NCBI RefSeq assembly: GCF_001194135.2
Contig: NC_068981.1
Coordinates: forward strand, 134,022,179-134,075,702
Reading direction: 5' to 3'
DNA from: Octopus bimaculoides
Lineage: Eukaryota
Length of the DNA: 53,524 nt
Shown here in pieces: positions 10,701-21,799 of the stretch; within the stretch, counting starts at the first letter, position 1, and each line of letters starts with the position of its first letter. Below the pieces are notes generated by a model. It did not search any database. It was not told where the DNA came from and saw only the letters and a list, made by a program, of their open reading frames with translations. The translations under genes and the position numbers were made by a program.

Positions 10701-13700
10701 TGCTAGTGACATGTAAAAAGCACCATTCAAGAGTGGTCAATGCCAGTGCTGCTTGCCTGGCACCAATGCCAGTAGTACGTAAAAAGCACCATTCAAGCGT
10801 CGCCAATGCCAGTACTGCCTGATTAGCATCTATGCCGGTGGCACATAAAAAGCACTATTCAAGTGTAGCCAATGCCAGTGCTGCATGACTGGCACCCATG
10901 CCAGTAGCATGTAAAAGGCACCCACTACATTCTTGGAGTGGTTGGCAATAGGAAGGGTATCCAGCTGTAGAAACCTTGCCAAATCAGATTGGAGCCTGGT
11001 GCAGCCTCCTGGTTTGTCAGTTCTCAGTCAAACTGTCCAACCCATGCCAGTATGGAAAGCGGACATTAAACGATGTTGATGATATATATATCTCTGAGAG
11101 TTCCTGGCTTTAAGGGTAACACGAAATGCCTAATTGGAGGCCCATCCTTCCGAGTTCTTTTATAGGGCTTAGAAAAACTGAAGGACCACTGTGTGTGAAA
11201 GAGGAATATGTTGAATAAAATTACAATTTACTGATCTTCCTGTATTTTGTTTTACCCAAAGTCAGGAACTTTCCAGCACCTCCTCATATATGTATCTGTG
11301 TGTGTCTGTCTGTTTGTCACCCATCCCCCATCACTTGACAACTAGTGTTAGTTAGTTTACATCCTGCAATTTGGAGATAAGGCAAAAGAACTAGTAGATA
11401 CCATACTTGAAAGGACATAAATACTGGAGTTGGTTTGTTCAACTAAAGCCCTTCAAAGCTAAATATTATCTCCCTAACATTCTCCCACTTTTTTACTCTG
11501 CTGATGTAACTCAAGAAGGCAGTATCAAGGTGTCGAGCTGGGTGAAATGCTTAGTGTTATTTTATCTGTCGTTACATTCTGAGTTTAAATTCCGCCGAGA
11601 TCCACTTTACCGGTTGTGTATTGGGGTCAATCTAATCAATTGGCCCTCTATCCAAAAATTTCCGGCCTTGTACCTAGAGTAGAAAAGATTACTTTTTCTT
11701 TTAAACTGACAAGAAGGCAGTACCTTCTTGAGTTACACCATCATCCATTCAGTTCTGTCAGTCATCACTTCCTTTCCCCCAAGTCTCTCTTCCTATTGAC
11801 ATCCATCACTTACTCTTATCATCCACCTCCATATCTCTCTCTCTCTCTCTCTCCAATCTCCCATCACTCTCTTTCTACCAAAACAGTCTTACAACCCTCA
11901 TCCACCCATCCTGATTATTCTTCTGTTCATGTTTTGGAATGTGCCACCTAGAGTGAATGATTGACTAAAAACACCTCAAGCTAGTTCCCCCCACATGGCC
12001 ACAATCCATTGACTAAAACCAGTAAAATAATGTTTAAATGCATAAAGTAATCAAAAGCAGATGTTTCTATGTTGTCATAAGGGATTACAATGGCTCACTA
12101 GACAAGGTATTCAGTGAAACATTATCCTTTTCTGCTCTAGGCACAAGGCCTGAAATTTTTGGGGCGGGGGTCAGTCAATTAGATCAACCCCAGTATGCAA
12201 CTGGTACTTAATTTATCGACCCCCCCCCCAAAAGGATGAAAGGCAAAGTCGACCTCGGCAGGATTTGACCTCAGAACATAAAGATAGACAAAATACTGCT
12301 AAGCATTTTGCCTGGTGTGCTAACGTTTCTGTCAGCTCGCTGCCTTAGACTGAAACATTATCACTTCATAATACTGTCATTGGCTGTGTGCGGCAAAGCC
12401 TCATAAGCTTTGTTGGCATTAGATGAGGTAAGAAAGAAGAAAATATACTATGGTAGTGGTGAGCTGAATTGGCTAGAAGTCTGAGGGTTCATGATGTTAA
12501 GAGTATTTCTTGAATAGGCACAGGAGTGGCTGTGTGGTAAGTAGCTTGCTTACCAACCACATGGTTCTGGGTTCAGTCCCACTGCGTGGCACCTTGGGCA
12601 AGTGTCTTCTACTATAGCCTCGGGCCGACCAAAGCCTTCATCATCATCATCGTTTAACGTCCGCTTTCCATGCTAGCATGGGTTGGACGATTTGACTGAG
12701 GACTGGTGAAACCGGATGGCAACACCAGGCTCCAATCTAATTTGGCAGAGTTTCTACAGCTGGATGCCCTTCCTAACNNNNNNNNNNNNNNNNNNNNNNN
12801 NNNNNNNNNNNNNNNNNNNNNNNNNNNNNNNNNNNNNNNNNNNNNNNNNNNNNNNNNNNNNNNNNNNNNNNNNNNNNNNNNNNNNNNNNNNNNNNNNNNN
12901 NNNNNNNNNNNNNNNNNNNNNNNNNNNNNNNNNNNNNNNNNNNNNNNNNNNNNNNNNNNNNNNNNNNNNNNNNNNNNNNNNNNNNNNNNNNNNNNNNNNN
13001 NNNNNNNNNNNNNNNNNNNNNNNNNNNNNNNNNNNNNNNNNNNNNNNNNNNNNNNNNNNNNNNNNNNNNNNNNNNNNNNNNNNNNNNNNNNNNNNNNNNN
13101 NNNNNNNNNNNNNNNNNNNNNNNNNNNNNNNNNNNNNNNNNNNNNNNNNNNNNNNNNNNNNNNNNNNNNNNNNNNNNNNNNNNNNNNNNNNNNNNNNNNN
13201 NNNNNNNTGTGTGTGTGTGTGTGTGTGTATATGTATGTGTATATGTTTGTGTGTCTGTGTTTGTCCCCCCCAACTTCGCTTGACAACCAATGCTGGTGTG
13301 TTTACGTCCCCGTAACTTAGCGGTTCGGCAAAAACAGACCGATAGAATAAGTACTAGGCTTACAAAGAATAAGTCCTGGAGTCGATTTGCTCGAATAAAG
13401 GCGGTGCCCCAGCATGGCCGCAGTCAAATGACTGAAACAAGTAAAAGAGTATCCAAAGCTAACTATAAATCTTTTTAATCAAATCATTTTTCATGAATAT
13501 TTTTTCTTTAACACATTTTTTTATCATATTTCTGTTGAAATACACTGCCTTTGCTTCGATTAATTTTGAAAATAATGAAGAATTTAGAAAAATAATTTTG
13601 TCTTGGAAAACGGACATTAATTGATGAAGATGATGATGATGATGATTAAGCTGGTGTCTGTAACATGAATTGACATTGAATTTTGATGGAAAGTTTTAAA

Positions 13701-16700
13701 CGAGATCACTTTAAAGCAAGAAGTTTATATCGTAGGAACAAGGGCAGTCTCAGGTAAGTTGGTATTAAAAGGGTTTCACAGGAGAGTAATAATACCAGAT
13801 CAGATCTAGAATAGAGAGAGCATATCATTGATGAGGTTATGAATGGTGACAAACGGACTTTAACAAACCTACCTGACTGATTTATTGACTGAGTGATTAA
13901 TCAAACAATTGTTTAGTCAGTTGGTTAACTATTTAACTAATTTACAAATAAAAGATAAACGAAGGGAAATATAACCTATGTGTGTGTTTATCATTGTCAT
14001 AATGACCCTCCCAAGATACAACAGAATATGTTTCAACACAGGAGTTCACAGCAAGAATCTTGCAAACAAAATACAAAAATAAAAAATATTTTTTTCTTTT
14101 CAAATCATTTTATGAATATTTCTTTCATTTTCCAGGAAAAGTTTTCAACAACGATGTAAAAAACTTGCTCGTTGCCAGTCCAACAGAAAATCATCCCAAA
14201 ACAGAAATATTGTATAAATGTAAGAAATGCAGGTAAGGAAAAGAATTTAATGTCTGACATAGATGCCTGTGTTGAATCCTCAAGCGAGTAGCCCTAACCC
14301 CAAATGTTAGGTATTTTGTTATAAATGAATGACTGACTGATGCCTTATGAGTGGAATTAGCTAACCAATGTTTTGTGAGATGGAAACTGAGAAGAAACAT
14401 TATCATCATCTTCATTTAACATTTTACCATGCTTGCATAGGTCAGATGGAGTTTGTTGAGGTAGATTTTCTATAGTTGGTTGCTCATTCTGTTGCCAACC
14501 CTCATCTGTTTCAAAGCAAGGTAATATTTCCCCATGGGCCAGATATGGAGGATTGGAAACAAGCAACATCACTTATATGATAGGGATGCTCATTTACAAC
14601 CATGTACTCTGTCCGGGCAAGAGTACATACAGGCACATACAATGGGCTTCTCTCAGTTTCCATCTACTAAATCCTCTCACAAGATTTTGGTCGGTCTGAG
14701 GGTATAGTAGAAGACCCTTGCCCAAGGTACTATGCAATGGGACTGAACCCTAGACCACATGGTCGGGAAGCAAACTCCTCAACTGAATAGCCACTTTTGT
14801 GATTACATATTACATGCATACATATGCTTATATGTTACGTGTGTGTGCATGTGCATCATTGCCATGTGTCTCGCCTGTTCCAAAAACACTGACTTTGTTT
14901 ACATTCTCCAGTAAACAAAAGTCTAGTAGTTTCATTACTTTCAATGTTTGAGGACCAATTGAAGACAAGAAGAATAGCCACCATCCATAGAAAATCTGCT
15001 TCAACAAATTTCCATTCCAGCATGGATTGCAGATATAAAAATAGAGATGATGAAGAAGAAATTTTGTTTGTTGGCCAATATTTCTGATACCAAGGATATT
15101 ATGTACAAGAGTTAATATTGGTCTAAGCTCATGATGAGTGCAAGGTATAGAATTTTGCATGCTGATAAAAAGACCTTAGCTATCAACTTAATATAGTCTG
15201 CTTAAATAATAAGTATATATAAGCTTTTGAGAGAACATGAAATAATCCTTCTTTGGAATTTGTTCTTGAAGTAGATATAAAAAACCTTTGATTTTTCCCA
15301 TCCAAAAGGTGCAATTCTGAAAAATAGCTATTAAATAAATAATGTCACACGAAGCAGCACTGAATGAAATATTTTTGTGTAAAGTCATATTCAACACATT
15401 TGAATACACTCGGGTGTGAGGAGACCATGTGTTGTGGAGCTAGATCCAAGGAAAATATGTAACACAAGATGGGCTGTGAATGTCTTTGGATCTTAGGATG
15501 CATGCATTTCTGTGTTGTTGCACTTTGTCAGCTATGGTCACCAAATCTGTTAAAGCCTGGTAAGAATAAAATTATTCTTATTAAAGCAACATATGAAACA
15601 CATTCTGATGTGCTTAAAATTTAGTCAATCTAGAATAAAATAAATAATGTTACATAAAGCAGCTTTGAATGAAATATATTCATGTAAAGACATATTTAAT
15701 ATGTTCAAGTGCAGTTGGATGTGAGAAGACCTTTCACTGAGGAGCTAGACCTAGGAGAAAATTCTCAATGACAGGTTTGGTGTTTGTAGCTGACAAAGTG
15801 AAATGACACAGAAACTTATGCATCCTACAATCCAATGACATCATTCACAGCCCCATCATGTGTTTTAATACACGTCTAAGAAGAGAATTTTCTCCACAGC
15901 AAGAAGTCTTTTCATGTCCAAATTCACTCAAGCTTGCTGTGAATATAGTCTAATTACTAAATAACTAAATTATCTGGGCTAGTTCACTCAGATAAAATAA
16001 AAAGGAATAGAAATACAATATTAAGAAATTCACAAGAGTGACTATGTGGTAAGTAGCTTGCTTACCAACCACATGATTCCAGGTTCAGTCCTACTGCATG
16101 GCACCTTGGGCAAGTGTCTTCTACTACAGCCTTGGGCCAACCAAAGCCTTGTGAGTTGATTTTGTAGAAGGAAACTGAAAGAAGCCCGTCGTATCACCAG
16201 TCCTCAGTCAAATCGTCCAACCCATGCTAGCATGGAAAGCAGACGTTAAACGATCACGACGATATATATGTGCTGTGCGTGAGAAGACCCGGCAAGCCAA
16301 GTGAGATCGTTGCCAGTGCCCCTGGACTGGCTTTTGTGCGGGTGGCACATAAAAGACACCATTTCNNNNNNNNNNNNNNNNNNNNNNNNNNNNNNNNNNN
16401 NNNNNNNNNNNNNNNNNNNNNNNNNNNNNNNNNNNNNNNNNNNNNNNNNNNNNNNNNNNNNNNNNNNNNNNNNNNNNNNNNNNNNNNNNNNNNNNNNNNN
16501 NNNNNNNNNNNNNNNNNNNNNNNNNNNNNNNNNNNNNNNNNNNNNNNNNNNNNNNNNNNNNNNNNNNNNNNNNNNNNNNNNNNNNNNNNNNNNNNNNNNN
16601 NNNNNNNNNNNNNNNNNNNNNNNNNNNNNNNNNNNNNNNNNNNNNNNNNNNNNNNNNNNNNNNNNNNNNNNNNNNNNNNNNNTCGTATCACCAGTCCTCA

Positions 16701-18059
16701 GTCAAATCGTCCAACCCATGCTAGCATGGAAAGCGGACGTTAAACAATGATGATATATATATATATATATGTATATGTTTGTGTGTCTGTGTTGTCCCCC
16801 AACATTGCTTGACAACTGATGCTGGTGTGTTTACATCCCCGTAACTTAGCGGTTCAGCAAAAGAGATTGAGAATAAGTACTAGAGTACTAGGCTTACAAA
16901 GAATAAGTCCTGGGGTCGATTTGTTCAACTAAAGGCGGTGCTCCAGCATCGCCGCAGTCAGATGACTGAAACAAATAAAAGAATAAAAGAAAGCATTTTA
17001 AACCCATTAGAATTATGCCAAAAGGGGTTAAAAGCAGGTATTAAATAAAGTGATGTCATTATGGTGTCATATCTTGCTTCTTTAAATTGCTTTCTTGAAG
17101 TGGAAAAAGAGGGGGAAAAGAGTGAGAGAAATAACTGAAGTGGAAAGTGTAGATGAAGTGAGTACTAGATATCTTTTATGGTATTTCTTGTGTCAACTTC
17201 GTATGTTTTTCTTATTATAGACCGAGAAACCCTTTGTTGACAACAGAATTAACATTTATTTAGGTTTGGTTCTTTTGCAATTACATGGCTTTAGGTTCAG
17301 TCCCACTGCATGATACCTTGGACAAGTGTCTTCCTATATCTCTCCCTTTCGAAAATAACTTCTTATATTGAACTCTACTATTTTCCTCTATTCAACTCTC
17401 TCATATTGTCTTTGATGAAGGGATATTCTTCATTTCCATGAAACAGCTGTAAGACTACCTTTCTCTTTATAAATGTCTTAGAAGTTTCATATGGCCTTGA
17501 CTTTGTTGCCTAATTTTATTTAACACACACACACACACACACATATATAATCAACAGACTTCTTTCAGTTTCCATTCCACTGACAAGTCTTTGGTCAGCC
17601 TGGGGCTATAGTAGAAGACACCTGCTTGAGTTACCACACAGAAAGACTGAATCCAAAATCATGTGGCTGGCAAACAATCTTCTTGCCACACTGCCATGTT
17701 TATATCTTTTATTAACTTTTTAAACCTGAATTAGAATATTCATTCATTTTCTTCTTATTTTATTCAGGCATCCTTTGTTCCGTGAAAGCTCCCTTCTTTC
17801 ACACACAACTGGAGACTGGGAGCGATCCTTTGACTGGAATTCCAAACTATTAAATCTTTGTAAATCTGATTCAGAAAAGAATAATGTTATTTGTAAAGAA
17901 TCTCTGTTTGTTGAACCTGTCCAATGGATGGCTGATGTAGTTACTAATCAGAGTGGCAAGGTAAAAGCAATTATGTTATTGTATATGNNNNNNNNNNNNN
18001 NNNNNNNNNNNNNNNNNNNNNNNNNNNNNNNNNNNNNNNNNNNNNNNNNNNNNNNNNNN

Positions 18060-18116
<57 letters not shown>

Positions 18117-18393
18117 CACACATATACATATACATATAAGGGCACATGGCTTAGTGGTTAGGGTGTTGCACTCATGATCTAGCATTCGTGATTTCAATTC
18201 CTTTGTGTTCTTGAGCAAAACACTTCATCACTCTGTGATGCTCTGCAATCACTTCAACACCTGATGCACACCACACCATGCACCTGTTCAGGCAACATCA
18301 ATTTGATGTGGAGAGAGTGGGCTAATGTGTGGTCTGAGCGTTTAATGACTATAAATGAATCATTTATACAGGTCATTCATCAAAAACTGAACG

Positions 18394-18437
<44 letters not shown>

Positions 18438-21400
18438 CTTATTAGTATCTCAAGGCCTAAATAAAATATTAGTATATATATATTGTTGCCCCTAATAAAT
18501 TTTCCCTGTATTAGCATCTTATTAGTTTCTTAGTGTCTTGCCCCTTTAACTGATAATTAACACCCTGCCACTACCCTGCCTCTTTTTTATAGACAGCTAC
18601 TTCTATAAAATTGACTCTTCCTAATGTCTTATTTCCTTTCTCTTGGGGAAAAGGGATATTTATGATAATATTTATGACCATACCTAGCCACGAGCTGTCA
18701 ACTCACTCTTGTTTTTTATTCAAAATAGACAGTTTTATAGTCTCAGATTTAATAGATGATAAAGCGATAAATAAATTAGAAACCCTAACCCGAACCCTCT
18801 TTACTCTTAGTTCAAATCCAACCAAGGTTAACTTTACTTTTCATCCTTTTGAGGCTCAATAACTCCCTCCCCCCCTAAAAAAAAAGCAATCCATGGATTA
18901 GCAGAACTGTAAAAATGTTGGACCAAATGCCATACAGTACTTGCTGCCATTCTTTGCGTTTTTTTGTTCCAACTTTTTGCTTTCTTTATTCTGGAGTGGA
19001 AGTAAAATGAAGAGCATGCTGAGTTCAGATCCTACTATGGCCTACTCGGGTGGTAGACTTAATCTGTTATCTGGTTTAACACCACCACCACCTGGAGTTT
19101 TTGAGTGCCTTTAGTGGAGGTCACTTTGTTGCAAGCAATCAGGTCAGGTTTCTAGTTTGTGAAAACCTTCCTGCCCACCTCCCACCAGTCTCAGAGGCCT
19201 TGTAGTGGTTCATTGGCTTTGCCTTCCTTCCTGCCTTCCCTACGGAAAGATAAAAAAAAAAAGAAGCATGCAACTTCATTCTCTTGTTTCTCCTCCAACC
19301 ACTAACCATTAATACGTCATTGAAGGAGTATATACATGGTTGTGTGATTTGTTAGAAATTACTCTCAAATCTCCTTCAGATCATCCCATACTGTCTTAGA
19401 AAAGTGAAGGACCTATGAAATAATGTGGTCCTAGACACTCCTAAAAAGATAGGATGGTTATGGCTCAAAATGATTGTGATCATAAGTCTACTCGATCAAT
19501 GCTAACCTGGGGCTAAACAATATCAACTTATTTCAATCTGAACATTAACTCTATAGCCTTCTCTCAGCTTTCTTGATTCTCAAAGATTAGAGGGTCTAGA
19601 AGAACTGTAGACACTGCCCCTCACTGTCAAACTAACAATCCATCCATGCAGCTATCTTCATCACCTGTTTATTCCTGTGAGGGTTGTGAGGACAGCTTCC
19701 TCAGACTGTCTTCCAGGGATCCTTTCAAAAGTAACTATAAACAAATGATCCCAAGCAAGACAAACCAAGAAAAACTATGGATAATATCCAACAATGTCAC
19801 TCATGTTCTATCTCTAGGTCCCCTGCTAGTTGACCTTGCCTGAAAAACTGTTCTGTGAGTTTTTCCTTAGATATTCTAACTATATACCCTTAAGTACTAA
19901 TGCTAAGAAGTATATACCCTATGAAGTACCCAACAAATTAAAATAAATCAAAAATAATACCTGGTGTGTAAAATGGATTTGCAGTTGGCAACTCCAGAAA
20001 TCAATCTTGCTCTTTCTACACCAGATCCAGAATTTTTTCTAGATGTTTGTATGATCCAGAAAATATTTGCAACAATTAGTGCATGATATTTAGTTTAATA
20101 ACATTCTGTGCCAGAATTATGAAATATTGAACAGATATTCCAATAAAAATTGCTTGGAAATTCTAATCTAATCATCATTAACTAATGTGTTTATTCATTC
20201 ATTTTTGCAGCTAACATGTCCAAAGTGTTTGGCAAAAATTGGATCATTCATTTGGTGTGGTAAGTTTGTATTTATTAATTTTTTGCCAAATCTTTAAAAT
20301 GTCTATCCCAAAGACATAGATAAATTCAAATTCATGACTCTCATCACTCACAACACTTGGTGGTTACAGTTTGGTCTATACCCCTGTCTTGCTTGGCCTC
20401 TGTTTATATATGAAATTGCTCTGTCTAGAATAGAGATCGTGCTGTATTTACATCAGAAAATTGCTTGGTCTACTTTGAATAATTAACAGTTCAGTGCTAT
20501 ATTGAAATAGGTCTCTTTGACTGCCTATAGCATCAATCGTTGAGATCTGGAAAGGTGGAAACAGTCATGATATTGAGAGAATTTGATGACGTAGAAATAT
20601 GAGATAATTCGTCAGATGTCAAAACTAAAAAAAAAATGGAATGTTGAGAAAGAAGTTGGTGACATGATAGCATCACTTGAATATTGAGATACAGTGGGAG
20701 CAAGGAAAAATGTCATAACATGCAAAGAAATATCAAGTATGTTGACAGAAGGAAGGAGAGTAAATGGATGAGAGAACAGTTCCTTAAGAACCTTTGTGGG
20801 GTGACTAAGAAGTTGTTTGCAAAGACTAAGAGCATCATCATCATTTAACGTCCTCTTTCCATGCTGGCATTGGTTGGACAGTTTGACTGAGGACTGGCAA
20901 ACCTGGAAGCTGCACCAAGCTCCAATCTGATCTGGTAAGGTTTCTACAGCTGGACGCCCTTCCTAATGCCAACCACTCCGAGAGTGTAGTAGGTGCTTTT
21001 TACATGCCACTGGCATGGGGGCCAGTCAGGCAATACTGGCATCGACCACACTCAAATGGTGCTTTTTACATGCCACCAGCTAGGGACCCAGTTAGGCAGT
21101 ACTGGCATCGACCAGATGCTGACATCCGTGCTGGTGGATGCTCATATGGTACTTTTTACCTTCCACCAGCACGGGAACCAGTCCAGTGGAACTGGCATCG
21201 ACCACACTCAAATGGTGCTTTTTACGTTCCACCAGCACGGGTGCCAGTCAGGCAGCACTGGCATCGGCCATGACCATGATTTCATTTGACTCAACAGGCC
21301 TTCTCAAGCACAACATATTGCCCAAGACAAACTAGATGGACATGTACAGGTGACTTACAAAATTTTATCTAACCAAGGTTCCTAGTTCTAATCTAGCCTG

Positions 21401-21746
21401 AGGCTGTATACATTTTCTGGAATAAAAGCATCTGATAATGATTACAAATTGAGTTCATTGAAACATTGTGCAATTAAAAGTACTGTATAACTGAAAAACC
21501 ATTATCTTAATTTTGAAATGAACTTCTCAAAAATTAACTTATTTTTCTTAACTCTGTTTTTTATTATTGGTTATGTATTTATTATTTTCTTTTCTAGGTG
21601 AAAAATGCCCATGTGGATCATGGGTGGCTCCAGCATTTCATATCCAGAAAAATAAAGTGGATTTGTGTCGGCCCTTTGTTCTTGTTCCACGGGTGCTTCC
21701 TGAAAACCAGTTTATGCAAGAAACAGTTGCTACATCCTGCAGCTGA
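1842..21746 (+). CDS. DUSP12: Dual specificity protein phosphatase 12 (YVH1-like), spliced 7-exon CDS, 325 aa
   Basis: Manual splice model: exon lengths 254+114+122+97+193+49+149=978 nt, all introns GT..AG, no internal stop. DSP motifs LYLGG, VLDMPDENLL, VHCLVGCSR, IRPNTGFQFQL, then zinc-domain motifs YKCKKCRHPLF, H, C..FVEPVQWM, CPKC..KIGSFIW, GEKCPCGSWVAPAFHIQKNKVD, matching the DUSP12/YVH1 architecture. Confidence 0.95.
4215..4830 (+). mobile_element. CR1/L2-group LINE, 3' RT fragment (degenerate)
   Basis: Translates to NHISKIVKKAEGVL..LYTTVVRPHLEFTSPVWNPY..RLATDLV..RKHFFTLRIAEAWNKL, typical CR1/L2 C-terminus, with stops and frameshifts. Confidence 0.85.
4980..5162 (+). mobile_element. 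SINE family C copy
   Basis: gaagctggcagaaacgttagcacgcc...ttgactttgcctttcat...aaaattttcaggccttgtgcctatagt. Confidence 0.8.
6732..6845 (+). CDS. DUSP12: DUSP12 exon 2 (C-LVGCSRGATVVIAWLMQKKQLDVKTALNMVRDCRPCI-R), P-loop
   Basis: Acceptor ttctccttcag|, donor ATCAG|gtatg; 114 nt, phase 2 to 2; completes CX5R. Confidence 0.95.
6956..7352 (+). mobile_element. SINE family A (tRNA-derived head, CORE-like ACCTTGGGCAAG segment, AAAAG tail)
   Basis: A-box-like TGGC.TGTGTGG, B-box-like GGTTCA.TC, shared body ending gcagtcaaatgact...taaaag; more than 15 copies in the window. Confidence 0.85.
7459..8130. mobile_element. piggyBac-type MITE (family D) interrupted by a SINE A copy
   Basis: TTAA at 7455-7458 and 8131-8134; ends (t)ctttagcatt / tactaaaggg; the two halves rejoin as tgttc|aaactgg as in uninterrupted copies. 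Confidence 0.8.
7516..7968 (+). mobile_element. SINE family A copy with internal (TA)n/(TG)n
   Basis: Near-full head-to-tail copy nested in MITE D; intact AAGAAGCTTGCTTCC at 7531-7545. Confidence 0.9.
8218..8493. mobile_element. piggyBac-type MITE (third family)
   Basis: TTAA at 8214-8217 and 8494-8497; TIR CCCATTAC / GTAATGGG. Confidence 0.7.
8530..8955 (+). mobile_element. RTE-clade LINE 3' fragment
   Basis: Translates to TERAMVRTMCSVKLSD..EMLGL..NGVRWYGHMLRRDEDHVLRRMLEF..KRGQPKKMW..RW, typical RTE C-terminus, frameshifted. Confidence 0.85.
9155..9300 (-). mobile_element. SINE family A 5' portion, inverted
   Basis: Reverse complement of the head (gaagcaagcttctt..cacatagc). Confidence 0.7.
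9396..9668. mobile_element. hAT-type MITE, apparently recent
   Basis: Perfect 16-bp TIR CAGGGGTTTTCAAACT / AGTTTGAAAACCCCTG and perfect 8-bp TSD AGCTGAGC (9388-9395, 9669-9676). Confidence 0.92.
10081..10202 (+). CDS. DUSP12: DUSP12 exon 3 (R-PNTGFQFQLELFARMAYG...LKLGE-G)
   Basis: Acceptor ttttgtgccag|, donor GAAG|gtaag; PN.GF..QL motif of DSPs; phase 2 to 1. Confidence 0.95.
10600..11082 (+). mobile_element. Family B retroposon (RTE-like tail, (GAT)n end) with an internal array of about 66-bp units
   Basis: Five units gccagtgctgcctgactggcac...aaaaagcaccattcaag; 3' end ccaacccatgccagtatggaaagcggacattaaacgatg. Another 3' fragment lies at about 10415-10575. Confidence 0.8.
11515..11690 (+). 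mobile_element. SINE family C copy
   Basis: gtcgagctgg..gaaatgcttagtg..ttctgagtttaaattccgccgag..ccggccttgtacctagagtagaaa. Confidence 0.7.
12128..12348 (-). mobile_element. SINE family C copy, full length
   Basis: tttctgctctaggcacaaggcc...gacctcggcaggatttg...ctaacgtttctgtcagctcgctgcc. Confidence 0.85.
12517..13450 (+). mobile_element. SINE family A copy interrupted by a family B element (from 12639) and an N-gap (12778-13206)
   Basis: Head 12517-12638, then catcatcatcgtttaacgtcc (family B tail, opposite strand); body resumes at about 13207. Confidence 0.8.
14136..14232 (+). CDS. DUSP12: DUSP12 exon 4 (G-KVFNNDVKNLL...EILYKCKKC-R)
   Basis: Acceptor ttcattttccag|, donor TGCAG|gtaag; first CxxC of the zinc domain; phase 1 to 2. 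Confidence 0.93.
14641..14795 (-). mobile_element. SINE family A 5' half, inverted
   Basis: Reverse complement of the head and CORE-like segment. Confidence 0.75.
16037..16990 (+). mobile_element. SINE family A copy with nested family B pieces and an N-gap (16346-16682)
   Basis: Head 16037-16195, body and tail about 16770-16990. Confidence 0.75.
17408..17455 (+). ncRNA. Degenerate minimal type I hammerhead-like motif (Penelope-type)
   Basis: gtct-TTGATGA-stem II-GAAA-cagctg-TA-agac; core position C3 is T. Confidence 0.45.
17768..17960 (+). CDS. DUSP12: DUSP12 exon 5 (R-HPLFRESSLLSH...CKESLFVEPVQWMADVVTNQSGK)
   Basis: Acceptor ttttattcag|, donor GGCAAG|gtaaa; F.EPVQWM motif; phase 2 to 0. 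Confidence 0.95.
18140..18390 (+). mobile_element. tRNA-headed SINE family G (CORE-like)
   Basis: ggcacatggcttagtggttagggtgttgcactcatgat...cttgagcaaaacact; inverted relatives at about 36075-36245 and 49845-50010. Confidence 0.7.
20211..20259 (+). CDS. DUSP12: DUSP12 exon 6 (LTCPKCLAKIGSFIWC-G), 49 nt
   Basis: Acceptor atttttgcag|, donor TGTG|gtaag; CPKC.AK.GSF.W motif; phase 0 to 1. Confidence 0.93.
20833..21325 (-). mobile_element. Family B retroposon with internal tandem units, in DUSP12 intron 6
   Basis: catcatcatcatttaacgtcc..., then four or five units ggcatcgaccacactcaaatggtgctttttac. Confidence 0.8.
21598..21746 (+). CDS. DUSP12: DUSP12 exon 7, last coding exon (G-EKCPCGSWVAPAFHIQKNKVDLC...ATSCS*)
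   Basis: Acceptor ttttctag|; CxCG.W..PAF.I.K.KVD motif; TGA at 21744-21746. Confidence 0.95.
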
Positions 21747-21799
21747 GAGATTATGTTCATCTTGACTGCCAAACCTGAAAATTAAAAATTTTGAACAAT

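Noticed and set aside
16189-16752. Near-identical 65-bp blocks at about 16189 and 16683
   Set aside because: Repeat-derived and gap-adjacent; cannot be distinguished from an assembly artefact.
10620-21270. CRISPR-like appearance of regularly spaced 66-bp units
   Set aside because: Eukaryotic DNA; units are degenerate tandem copies without unique spacers or cas genes.
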